Shown here in pieces: positions 25,756 through 37,367 of a stretch of 64,000 bases of DNA. The DNA comes from Raillietiella orientalis (taxonomy: Eukaryota), in contig JAYWIR010000051.1 in the NCBI GenBank assembly GCA_036172245.1, forward strand, positions 1 to 64,000, given 5' to 3'. A program made the translations under genes and the position numbers. The notes below the pieces were generated by a model. The model saw only the letters and a program-made list of their open reading frames with translations. It was not told where the DNA came from and did no database searches. Each line of letters opens with the position of its first letter. Position 1 is the first letter of the stretch.

Positions 25756-27506
25756 TATTCCTGGGAAATCGGCTGTGCGGCGTCCGCCACCTGTTGGGGC
25801 GGGACGCTAGGTGGAGGAGGAGGGACAGGTGCCTCTAGCACCTGGTCACCCTCTTCCATCGGTGACGGCGCGTCGGGCGGTTCACCCTCAGGTGGGGTCG
25901 CGCCTACCTGCTGGCCCTCCTCCATTGGGGTGGGCTCCTCAGGGTCCGCGACGGCAGGGGGGATTACGCTCCCCTGCTCACCCTCCTCCATGGGGTTGTC
26001 CTGCTCGACGGCTTCCGCGCGTGGGAGCTCCCCCTCCGGGATTACCACGCTGTCGGCGACTTCCTGCTTCTCCTCCTCGCTCGTGGAGGGGAGGCGCTTC
26101 CTCGGGTTTTGGGACTTGCGTCCCGTCTTCCAGGGGGGTGCCTCCGTGGAGGAGGATGTACTCCCGGCCCCCAGTTCTAACTCACCTGCGGGGGCCTTCT
26201 TTACTGGAGCCGGCCTCCGCACGGCCTTGCGCGAGGGGTTCTCACGCTCAGCCAGCGTGGCCGCGAGCTCCTCCGCCGCCTTCGCGAAGGCGGCGTCCTC
26301 GCCGGTGGCGAGCGCGTCGCGCGTCTCACCCTCTGTGCAAACAGAGGGTTCGCCGTCGCGAACCTCGGGCGCGGCGGAAACGGCGAGGGTAGGCTCGTTG
26401 CCCCGGGTGGCAGCCTCGGGAACGCTGATGCGCTTTAGTGCTACCGAGCACTCGCGGAGAGTTTTAGATCGCGGGCCTGGTTTTTTCGCCTTCGCGACCG
26501 TCTTTTTCTCCAGCTTCTCTTGTGAACCCTTTTTGGGTTCTTTTCTGGCCTTTACCAGCGTCCATCGTTCTTCCTCGCCCGCGTCTTTCGCGGTTTTTTC
26601 CGCCGCCGCCTGGGTTGGAGGAGGAGGAGAAGGCTGCTGGGGCCGGCCATTCTCGCGATGAGGTCTTTCGACCTTATTCATTTTTTTCGTCTGTGCCCTT
26701 TTGGCAGCAGGTGGCACCGGGAAGGGGCGTTTAGGGCACACTCGACGGACGTGTCCCTTTTCCCCGCACAAGTGGCACTCGATATTCGGGCACCGCCTGT
26801 GCACATGCCCCACTGCATCGCAGTAGCCACGATAGCGGGGTTTCCCCACGTACCAGAGGTCGACTGGCTCCTTCCCGAACTCCAGTTTGTGGGGTAACTC
26901 AGCACTCTCGTTTACAGTGACACGCGCTGCTGCCTGGCCACCAAAGAGGCTGTTATAGCCGTCAAAAATGGTTGGCTTTGGCCACAGCGCGTGCACATCT
27001 CCGTATTTCCTCAATTCCGCGTTCACCGCAGAGCGCGTCATGCGGTTCGTGATCCCCGTTAGATGGACCACTACGGAGCGGTCCATGCTAACGGGTAGGA
27101 TCTTTCGGCCAGCCACATTCAGCGGGGTGTTGATGAGGCGCTGCGCTAGGGCTACGTCTTTGCAGACGACCTCCACGCGTTGCCCCCCGCTGAGTACGGC
27201 GAGGCCGTCAAGATCCTCCTCACGCACGGGGAATTCCTGTAGTGTCTTGCTAAAGGCACGCGCGGTGCGACCGTCGAACAGGTTTCCTACCTTATAAACC
27301 AGGGATGGTTTATATCCGGAGGCCCTGTAGGCCGCTTGCTCAGCCAAGGTTTCCGCGCTCGGCGCGGCTACCATGGCGCTCCAGCTCCGAGTCTTGGGCG
27401 ACGAGGGCGATTCCGGGGCGGATACCCCTGATTCTGTAGGTCGTGGGGGGGGGCTAGCCTCCCTCACGCCTGCCTCCATCGTGGTGTCTTCTGGCAGCGA
27501 TGCCAT
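25755..27506 (-). CDS. ORF1 gag-like nucleic-acid-binding protein, 583 aa, open
   Basis: MASLPEDTTMEAG start shared with other copies; knuckles (R)GYCDAVGHVHRRC and CHLCGEKGHVRRVC; low-complexity C-terminus. Confidence 0.85.
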   Translation of the reverse strand: MASLPEDTTMEAGVREASPPPRPTESGVSAPESPSSPKTRSWSAMVAAPSAETLAEQAAYRASGYKPSLVYKVGNLFDGRTARAFSKTLQEFPVREEDLDGLAVLSGGQRVEVVCKDVALAQRLINTPLNVAGRKILPVSMDRSVVVHLTGITNRMTRSAVNAELRKYGDVHALWPKPTIFDGYNSLFGGQAAARVTVNESAELPHKLEFGKEPVDLWYVGKPRYRGYCDAVGHVHRRCPNIECHLCGEKGHVRRVCPKRPFPVPPAAKRAQTKKMNKVERPHRENGRPQQPSPPPPTQAAAEKTAKDAGEEERWTLVKARKEPKKGSQEKLEKKTVAKAKKPGPRSKTLRECSVALKRISVPEAATRGNEPTLAVSAAPEVRDGEPSVCTEGETRDALATGEDAAFAKAAEELAATLAERENPSRKAVRRPAPVKKAPAGELELGAGSTSSSTEAPPWKTGRKSQNPRKRLPSTSEEEKQEVADSVVIPEGELPRAEAVEQDNPMEEGEQGSVIPPAVADPEEPTPMEEGQQVGATPPEGEPPDAPSPMEEGDQVLEAPVPPPPPSVPPQQVADAAQPISQE

Positions 27507-27622
27507 CGGACACCAACGATGTGAAAAAGCACACACTGAACCAAAAAAAAACCGCTTTCCGCTGCTCGTTCGCGGAGCGCCGGAAAAACACCGCCGTTCG
27601 CGAAGCGCCGCTCTCGAAAAGA

Positions 27623-28545
27623 GGGAGTTGGGGAGGGTCCGCGTAACGAAAGGTGCTATCTTCAGGCCCGACATTACGCGAGAACCCCCGACATGCGCAG
27701 GTTAGCAGACTATCGAGCGGGAGCCGAGAGGCAAGCCTAGCAATCCGGGTCGGCTAGCTAGCTGGACGACCAGGGTCGGAAGCACTTGGCTCCTGCTCAG
27801 AAGCGCGGCATTGTGAAGAAATTTTACTCCTCCCTGTACGCCAGGGCGCCTCCGGAGAGAGACGTCTCACGACTTCTGCTTCCGGAAGGTGCTCCAGCGA
27901 TCGTGGAAAAGGAGAAAAGAAGCCTCGACGAGCCTTTCACGATGGACGAGATCCTCTCGGCCATCGGAAAGCTCAAGAGGCGGAAGGCTCCAGGGGAGGA
28001 CGGCCTGCCCGCGGAGTTTTACCAAATTTCGCGGCAGAGCTTACCCCTCTGGTACATCAGCTCACCTTGCTGATTCGCGAGACAGGTGACGTTCCCACCT
28101 CGTTTCGTTCAGCAAATCTGCGGCTCCTCCCGAAGGGAGGAGACCTAAGGAGCATGAACAACTGGAGTCCCATCACAATAGTGAATGCGGACGCCAAGTT
28201 GATAGCCAAGATGTGGGCAGAGCGTCTGGAACGGGTTGCCAACATCTTCATCAGCCCGGAACAGACTTATGCGTTTCCCGGGCGGAGCATGGAGGCGAAC
28301 CTGTTCCACGCTTCCACATGCTTAGAGCTCCAACAAGGAAGGAGCATAATAAGCAACCGGAATTCCGGTGCGTCCGTCGGTGGGCGACAGGATGGTCGGG
28401 AGGGGAGAGGAGCCCTCGCGGTCGCAGTCGATTTCCATAAAGCATTCGATTGCGTCGACCAGAATCTCCTTTTGGAGCCTCTGGAACGCTTGGGCTTCCC
28501 GGCCTCTTTGCTGGGCTAACTGCGCTCCAGCTGGCGATTCAACGG
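27623..28545 (+). mobile_element. Continuation of the 19331 element (linker and RT N-terminal half)
   Basis: GEGPRNERCYLQAR...KAPGEDGLPAEFY...VDFHKAFDCVDQ. Confidence 0.85.
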
Positions 28546-29595
28546 GCAGATGTTCGTCAGCCAGGGAGAACGGAACACGCAGGGTGTGGCGGTCCCAATC
28601 AAGAACAACTTGGGCCCCACTATTCTCGAAGTGTTCTGTCCCCAGCCCGGACGAATCATCGGCGTGCGACTGGCCTGGTCCGCTACTGTTCACATCATCC
28701 TGGTGAACCTGTACGGGCCGCACAGGCTGAAACATCGTTGTGCGGAGGCGTTGCATGCACCACTCCGTAAAAAGGTAGCCCCCAAGGACGTCGTGATTGT
28801 GGCTGATGATCTCAACATATTGGATGAGATCACTCACTCCCAAGACGTCAGAGGAAGGACAGCGTGTCGGCGGCTATCCGAAGAGTTCGGACTGGTGTGG
28901 CGAACTGCAAGTCACAAGCCGATCGATCACGTCCTGCACAGCACCGAACTTGGGAATCGCATCCAGGGTTTTAGAGACATTATGACCACGGTGTTCGATC
29001 ACCACCTGGTGCTGTTTTCCCTAAGAACGGAGAATCCTCGGCAGAGGCAAGGCACCAGGGCGGCGCTCATCAGCATACCCACCTGGTTCGAAATCCATCC
29101 CAGACATCAGGCTGTCCTTGAAACGATTCTGAAGGAAACAACAATCCGAAGAGTCGCCGACTGGGACAGCCTGAACCACAGGATACACCTGTTAGCAAAC
29201 ATGCAGTTCGGGGATAGGCGCTTGAGGCAGAAGGCGTACCGGGAGCTGAACATCTAAGATCGCTTACTCTCAAAGTACTTCGATCAGTACGACAGTCGGT
29301 AAGTCCTCAAGAACATAAAAGGGGAAGTCGGCGTGCTGGAGAAGAGAAATATGGCGACAGATATCTTCAGCATCCAGTACGATGGTCAAAAGCGACAGTC
29401 GTCTGAGGACATCGTGGATGCCTTTCACAGGCATTACACGAAACACTTCAGGCGACAACATCTCTGTCGCTCTAGTCAACAGGCTTTTCTGAGCTACCTC
29501 GAGAAGAGGACCGACGATCTCCAGCGGAACAGACTGGAGGAGGAGTTCTCCGAAGATGAGGTGAAGACTGAGTTTGGTCAACTACGCAAGGACGT
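28546..29595 (+). mobile_element. Fragment of a divergent LINE ORF2 (APE C-terminal part and linker)
   Basis: ORF 28550-29257 has degenerate APE motifs GVAV, VNLYGP, ADDLN, IDHVL, FDHH; ORF 29333-29632 has linker-like LEEEFSEDEV. Confidence 0.7.
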
Positions 29596-31760
29596 TTGTC
29601 ACCCGGATATGCCGGGGCATTTATTATTCTAATTTTCTACAGAAATTTGATAATAAAGTCTTTAAAAAGATGTTTTCTGTGAGGAAAAACTGGGTTCTCC
29701 CACCTTGCTTGACGTGTCGGTTGCCGGTGCATAGACCGGTTAGGTCCATTCCCGAGGCGCATGGAAAGGGAAAACCAGAACAAAAACAAACAAAAAAAGA
29801 GATAACGGGGAGGGAAACAGTTATATGGGGAGAAGGGGTGGCAGGGAAGGGATCACTGGGCTCCTGGGTCGGTCCTCCGCATCATGTTAAGGATGCAGTC
29901 AAGTTCGGTTTTTATTGTGAAAGGTAGACGCCACCTTGTCGCCATCTCTAAAGAGATCGTCGTCCATTGGATGGCGTCCCTGCATCTTGGGCCTCTTCTT
30001 CTGGCGTGCCACCTTTGCACAATGCCGCGCACGCAGCAGAGGACTGCTAGCGACGCAGCAGGGCGCAGGCCGTCACGCAGAGAGAAGCGACGGTAAATTT
30101 CCTTAGGGTCGCCTACTGGAACATGGAGGATTGGGGCGATTCGACTCCAGAGTCCAACCAGGGCGACACACTCGAGGGCGAGATGCGGGAAAGTTTCACT
30201 TTCTCCGCACTATACAATGCGGGCATCCACATTCACTAGTGTCCAGTGAGACAGGCGTGCTCTGCTTAACAGTCCCCAGTGCAGAAATAGCAACGCCGTC
30301 TCCTGCCACTTCAACGGAAGTGTACCGCAATCCCAACACGCTGGGGGACACTTCACCTACTCCTAGGATATCGCGAGCAGCACTTCCAAGCGCACAAGTC
30401 CGTGAGGCGGGACGCTCGGGGTGGCAGCGTCCGTGAGCTCCCGAGTCGTCCACGCCTTTAAAGGTTTTTTCCTGCCTCGGATGAGGCAGGACACTTCCCA
30501 CGATGCCAGCTCGTTGCTGCTCCTACTGTTTTTCAGGGAGGACAGAACGGGGGCAAGGGGGCTGAAAGAAGCCCACAGAAACTTCCAGGGCGTGTTGATA
30601 ATATTCTGCAGCGGCTTTCGAGCGTACGGTCCTCGTTGTAGGCAGTTGTATTCCGCCTCGCTCGTGCCGTTGATCTTAGCCTACGCGGAAGCTGACTCCT
30701 GGAGCCAGGCAGTGCAGTTCGCGGGAAGGCAGGAGATCCAGGTATTCTCTCTCGTCAGGGCGACCATCTGGCGCAAATCGGGGCCACAGTTGGATAGGCT
30801 GCGCTGCTAGGCCACGAGGATCGAGGACAATCCTTCGCAGCCGGTCGCTATTCTGGCGAGGAGCCGTGCCGGATCGCACCATGGCGTCATCCTTAAGCTA
30901 GCCGCAAGGGCTAACTTTCGAATTGTTGTTTGTAGTTGGATGCGCTCAAACGTGACGAGGCCAAAGCCACCATCCCTGCGTGCAGCGCACAAGCCTTTCA
31001 ATCGGACTGGCGACCTCGCTGTGCCCCAAAGGGCGGTCCTCAAGAGGGCTTTGGTCCGTCTCTGTATGATGGGAGGGGCGGGGCAAACAAAAAGTGAGGG
31101 GCGAAGGAGGGGGGCCGCGAACGCGTTCCACATTGCGGCCCGCTCCTGCAAGTAAAACTTGCTTTTCCGGAACGGGCCGATCGCCAGCTCCACCTTTTGG
31201 AGATGGTCGGACCAGGCTTCTGCAACGCAGAAGTCTCCCAACGGAACGCCAAGGTACTTGAAGTACCTTTCCGTGGGGATCCTTAAGCGGATGCAGTCCG
31301 GCCGTCCGGCCCAAGCCGTATTGTTTAAAAGTAGTGGTGATGTTGGAACGATGGAAGATTTCTCTTTGTTGACCTCGAGGCCCGTCCCGCGGCGCAGCAA
31401 CTCAAAGAAATCTTCGATCGCCGACGCCGGGGTGGACTCGGGGAGTAGGAACAGAAGGTCGTCGGCGTAGGCCGACACGGCAGGCGTGCCTGGACACGAG
31501 CTTGGCAGGGTTGCCTGAGTCTCCCTGTGTGCCCTCGGCACCAGCTCGAAGTAGATGCTGAAGAGCAAGGGGCTCACACTGTCACCCTGCCTTATGCCAC
31601 GGCGAACCGGCTCGCCGTACATGTGTCGGCCGCTAAAAGAGATGTTTATTAGAGCGAAGCGCCAGGAGGGGCGCAGGTAAGCCCGGAAGACGGCCGGGAA
31701 TCCCAAGCGTTCCAAGAGCTCCAGAAGGAGTTCCTGGTCGACGCAATCGAACGCTTTACG
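29596..31760 (-). mobile_element. Family T-like 3' half, cut at RKAFD
   Basis: ORF 30807-31715 (QGDSVSPLLF, YADD); terminus hairpin at 29596-29626; begins CGTAAAGCGTTCGA. Confidence 0.88.
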
Positions 31761-34700
31761 TCGGCTACAGCCGACGTGTTTCCTCGGTGCTCCTTGTGCC
31801 GGGAACCGTCTCTAGGTGTAGGATTCGTGTGTGGTGGTGGTCGATCACGCAGCAATGCTTGACACGACCACCAGTGCGTGTCAGGGGGCGGTGGCAACGT
31901 CGCCTCCTGAAGAAATGGAGTGCCACGTGGCGGCGGCAACTTCGCCTATAGAGAAGGTGGAGTGCCAGGAGGCGGCGGCAACGTCGCCTTCAGTGGCGAA
32001 GGAGGTGGGGGCGTTCTCCCCCACAAAACCGTTCCCCGCTGCAGCGCGGGAGTGGAGCGCCCTCGTGTCGGCGCCATCGCCTGCAGCCGCGGCGCAATTA
32101 TCTGCCTATGTGGAAGAGGGGTATAACCCATCACTATTCTACAAGGTAGGAAATTTGTTTTCTTCTGAGAGTGCGTTCGCCTTTTCGAAGGGGATGCGCG
32201 CTCTCGATGTTAAAGAGGAGTTCTGCGCTATGACCATTCGTAGCGGGGGGCAGTACGTAGAGGTGATCTGCAAACATGCAGATCTGGCCCAACGTCTGCT
32301 TAAAACCCCCGTGGTAATGGGGACACGCAGGCTCCTTCCCGTTACGGCGGACCACAGTATGGTGGTCCACCTTTTAGGAGTTACCGCGCGGATGCGGAAA
32401 GAACAGTTACGCGCCGCGTTGGGAAAAGAAGGCACGGTCGATGCAGTATGTACCAAGCCTAGTCCTTTTGAGGACTATACCACAGTTCAATGCGGCTTCA
32501 CGGCTGCCCGTGTAACCGTTCGGGAGGGCTCTACCCTTCCCCACAAACAGCTGGTCGGCGAAGAAAGCGTCGATCTCTGGTACGTGGGGAAGCCCAAATA
32601 CTGTGGCTTCTGCAACACGTCGGGACACCTTAAAAGGAGGTGCCTTAACGTACAGTGCCAGGTATGCGGGACAATGGGCCACACGAAGGAAGTGTGTCCA
32701 CAATCCGCTGTGCGCGTGGTTTCCGCGAGGAACCTTAAAAAACGCGCGCGGCTGCTACAGAAAAGGCTGGCGGCGAAGGCTCCTGCCCAAGCTATGCCAC
32801 CCACACCCGTGGTCCAGGCAGCAGCCGACACCCCGGCAACGAATGCCGAAAACATCGACAAAAGCGGTCAGGTGCCGGAATGGCAAGAAACCACAGCGAA
32901 AAAGGAAAAGTCGAAGAAACAACGACGAATTGAAAAAAAGCTCGCTTACCAAAATAAAAAACAGCAGGTTAGCGAGAATTTAAAAGAATGCACCGTCGTC
33001 GTGGAACGCGTTCCCGCCGAACGTCGCAAGGTAGAAATCGCTGCTACCGACGAGCACTGTTGAAAATGTCAACAGCGTGGGGAGCGAACCGGCGGAAGCG
33101 TCCGTCATTGAGACCGTGATCGATGACGCCGCCTTCGAGCGTGTGGCGGAGGAGCTGGCTGCATCGCTGCAACCAGACCCCTTCAAGGCTGGCAAAATGG
33201 CAGTGAGGCATCAGGCTTCCAAAGAGGAGTCGGTAACTTCCGACCCCGAAGCGCAGGCCGGAAACTAAGTTTCCATCTCCGCGGCACCCCGCCGGAAGGC
33301 TGGAAGGAGGTCCTGCAAACCCCGGAAATCCCCTCTCCAGGTCGAAAACCTGGAGATGACTTCCGACTGCGAGCGTGCCATGAGCGTGGGAGAATCGCGG
33401 GAATCGTCACCCGAGAGGCCACCACGCACAGACACGGAAGAGATGGAGGGGATTGAAGCCGGAAAGGTAACCAAGGTGCCTGAGGAGGCTGAAACCCTAA
33501 TGGTCACCTCACCCGCCTCGGAAGCAACGGGTTCCTCCACACCGTCATCTTCCCGGCAGTAATGCCGGGAATCTCTCCCGCCGTCGTCTGCACATCGCCG
33601 TTTGGAACGTGAACGGGATGACAGACGCCAGCAGGAGACGTGACATGGCCGCCATTCTAGGATCGTTCGACCTTGCGCTGCAGCAGGAGATCCATGTGAT
33701 CTCTGCAGAACAGCCGCAGGAGATCGAACGCATCTCCGGAGGGCGGCTGTGGTATCGGTGTGGAACATCGAGAAGTTGTGGTGTCGCCTACCTGCTTCGG
33801 CCCGCCATTCAGGCCGCCGCCCGTGGAGTGCGGTTCGACGATCACGGTCGTGTCGGCCAGCTGACTCTCAGTTGTTCCGACTCGATCGACCTGACCGTCA
33901 CGAACGTTTACGCCCCGAGCGGAGCGCACCTGAGGAACAGGAGGGCCAGGAAAGAATTTTTCGTTGCCCTCCATCGCCACTGGTTGACCGAGGCAGGCGT
34001 GCGGAATGCCCATCTGGTTGCAGGCGATTTTAACGTTCGTCTGAAACCGGATGGGCCGAATCATGAGCGGGACCTGGTCAACGAGGTGTGCGCGGCGGTG
34101 CACACTTGTAATTTGTTGGCCAGTGTACCAGGGATGGAGGAGAACATCGATCACGTGTTTCTTGACCGGCACCTGTGCACTCGTGTGGGCAGGCGCTGCA
34201 AGTTACCGTGCGAGTTGTCCGACCATCGACCAATCGTGATTGAAATCCATCCGCGCGACAGGGGCCCCTCCTCGTCAGTGTAGCGTTTCCCAGGGGACTG
34301 GCTGAAGCTCACGGGCGCGACGGAACATATCCGCACGTTTACACGGAGCTTTAGGATGCAGACACTTTAGGATTGGGACCGCTTCAAACGGACGGTCCAG
34401 GAGTTCTGCGACCAGTTCCCTCTGCACCGCCTACCTGCGGGATTTGGGGACGGCGTACTTAACGAACGAGCCTACCAGCAGGCTCGCCGTTACGCCAGGA
34501 CCCCCGACATTCGTAGGCTGGCGGAATACAAAGCGGGAGCCGAGAGGCAAGCCTGGCAGTACGGTTCGACCACCTTCCTCGACGATCAGGGCAAGGAGCA
34601 GTCGGCACCTGCCCAAATCCGCGGTCTGCTGCGGCGTTTTTACTCCTCCCTGTACGCAAGAACGCCTCCCGAGCGGGATCTCTCGCGAATCCTGCTTCCG

Positions 34701-37367
34701 GAAGGCGCTCCTGCGATCGGGGAAGAGGAGAAAAAGTCCATCAACGAGTCTTTCACGATGAGCGAGATCATCTCGGCCATCGGAAAGCTCAAGAGGCGAA
34801 AGGCTCCAGGGGAGGACGGCCTGTCCGCGGAGTTTTATCAAACTTTCGCGGCTGAGCTAACCCCCCTGGTACATCAACTCACCTTGCTGATACGCGAATC
34901 AGGTGACGTTCCCGCCTCGTTTCGTTTGGCAAAGGTGCGGCTTCTTCGTAAGGGAGGAGATCTGAGGAGCATGAACAACTGGCGTCCCATCACAATAGTG
35001 GATGCGGACGACAAGTTGATAGCTAAGGTTTGGGCTGAGCGCTTGGGACGCGTTGCAAACGCCTTCATCAGCCCGGAACAGACGTATGCTGTTCCGGGGC
35101 GAAGCATGGAGGCGAACCTGTTCCACGCTTCCACCTGGCTAGAGCTCCAACACGAAAGGGGCTTGATGCGCACCAGGAATTCCGGTGAGTCCGTCAGTCA
35201 TGCGATGGATGGTCGGATGGGGGAGAGAGCACTTGCGGTCGCTGTCGACTTGCGTAAAGCATTCGACAGCGTCGACCAGAATCTCCTGCTGGAGCTTTTG
35301 GAACGCTTGGGCTTCCCGGCCTCATTAGTGGCCTATCTACGCTCCTGCTGGCGCGATTCGCAAATCAATGTTACCTTCAGCGGGCATACTGTTCACGGCG
35401 TGCCGGTGCGACGTGGGAACCGGCAGGGAGACAGCCTGAGCCCCTTGCTCTTCAGTACCTACGTTGAGATGGTACTGAGAGCGTACAGGGAAACTCTGGC
35501 GCACCTGCCGCATGAATGCGCCGGAACGCCTGCGGTGTCAGCATATGCGGACGACCTTCTGCTACTGCTTCCGATGTCCACCCCGGCTTTGGCGGTCGAG
35601 AAGTTCTTCGACCTGCTGAATCAAGGGACCGGGCTAACCGTGAACAGGGCGAAGTCGTCCGTGATGCCAGTTGGTGCGGCGTGGGTAGGGCAGCAGGACT
35701 GGGTCCGTTTGGGGATCCCCACGGTGAGGTGGATCAAGTACCTCGGTGTGCCGTTGGGGGACTTCTCCCCTGCGAAAGCTTGGTCCGGCTGCCTTCAAAA
35801 AGTAGAAACGGCTATCGGCCCGTTCGGAGGCGGCAGGTTTTTCCTGCCTGAACGGGCCGCGGTTTGGAACATGTTCGCGGCTCCTCTCCTCCGCCCCTTG
35901 CTTTTTGTTTGCCACGCCCTCGGGGAATCTAAAAAGCGGACAAAGGACCTCCTCCGCATAGCTCTTTGGGGCAAGGGGAGGCCCCAAGTCCCTTTGAAGG
36001 ACTTGTGCGCTCCGCGTCCGGACGGCGGTCTCAGCATCCTGACGCTGGAGCGCGTGAAAATCCAGCTGCGATGGCGGACCCTCGCCATCGCAGCGAAGAT
36101 GTGGAGCACCGCTTGGTGCGTTGCGACCCGCCTCCTGGCCAGGCGTGTGTCCCGCTGCGAAGGACTCGCATCGTTTCTTCTGCGCCCTGGCCGGAAGTTT
36201 CGAAGAAGCGGTCTACTGCTCGGCCGCATGGCAACCCTGGCAAAGGAGAACCACTGGATGCTTTGTGGCCCTGCCAACTCCTCCGTTTGGCTGGAGGAGA
36301 CTGCTCGCACCTGGGCCAAGCAGAACCAGAGGTGCGAAGACCAGATGAACTGCCTGCGAGTCGGCTTTTACGCCCGCCGAACTCTCCGTGAAATTCTTGA
36401 ATTTCCACCGCGTTGCACGTGGGCGGAAGGCACACCCCTTGATACGGCGATGCCCTTCCTCCAAAGGGCGCTTCACGAATGCCGGAAGCCAAGGTGGAAA
36501 GTCTGCTGCCGTATCGCAGGCAGAGAGAAGATGATGCGTGGCTGGACCATGGGAGAGTTGACAGATGCAACGACCCCTAGTTTCCAGCTGCGTGGATTAA
36601 GAAGATGGGGCGAGCTGCTCGGCATTCGATTGGATGACCTGAAGTGGCCCCGGTTCTACTTGGATCCAGGATTCTTCCCCTGTAGTGGCAAGAATCGGCG
36701 CTTCTGTGGCTGCATTGGGGTCTACCGTGCAACGCGCGGCGCTTCCACTGGACGCGGGGAAGAGTAAATCCTGCGTGTGCCAGGTGTGGGGAGCAGGAGT
36801 CGCTTCCCCACCACTTAGTTGAATGCCCTGTCGTCCGGATTCTTTGGGATTGTCTTAAAACGGCACTGGGGATACCGGATGGTAGCAATGTTGGATGTGT
36901 CTTCAGTCTTGTCTTCGTGCGGGACGCCCTCATTCCAGCCGCAGCCCTGGCAGCACTTTGCTGCATTCGTGGTATCGTGGCGGCCTGGAGTGATGCCGAA
37001 GATGAAGACTGCATCGTGAGGGATGTCATCGAGTTTGCTTCTCGCTTCCTGCAGAGAGCTATCCGATGGCCCCATCTAGGAAAACTGAATATGGAACTAG
37101 AAGGCATCCTGCAAAGGATGGGCCCTCCCTGCAGTTTTCTGTGATCCCTTCCCGGCCCTCGAAATCTTTTTGTGGTTTGTTTTTATCTTTTATTTTATTT
37201 TTGTTTTCTCCCGCATGCCCCTCCACTGCCCAGGAGAGCCACACCGGGCTGCGTCCCGGTGTCCCGGCAGTTCCGGTATTGCGTGGCCGTCAGTGGGGCC
37301 TTGTACCACGTTCTGTATTCACTGTTGAAGTGTTTTTAATAAACGTCCCGGCGTATCCGCGTGGCAT
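31761..37367 (+). mobile_element. Full-length-sized element, chimeric (family K 5' part, G-like 3' part); ORF1 31855-33562, ORF2 33562-37144, both disrupted
   Basis: ORFs 31831-33063, 33609-34283, 34758-36767, 36917-37144; 5' motif at 31773; terminus ends 37367. Confidence 0.88.
31882..32000 (+). repeat. About 3 copies of a 42-bp repeat in ORF1 N-terminus
   Basis: AVATSPPEEMECHV / AAATSPIEKVECQE / AAATSPS. Confidence 0.7.

Larger units (their letters stand above)
21942..27622 (-). mobile_element. Full-length family G element (about 5.68 kb) inserted antisense at GFG
   Basis: 5' motif, intact ORF1, APE, RT, zinc finger, terminus hairpin and flanking 11-bp duplication. Confidence 0.92.

Noticed and set aside
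21942..27622. Strand switches explained as twin-priming 5' inversions of single elements
   Set aside because: Inverted segments include complete elements with their own 5' end, 3' end and TSD, and often belong to a different family from the flanks
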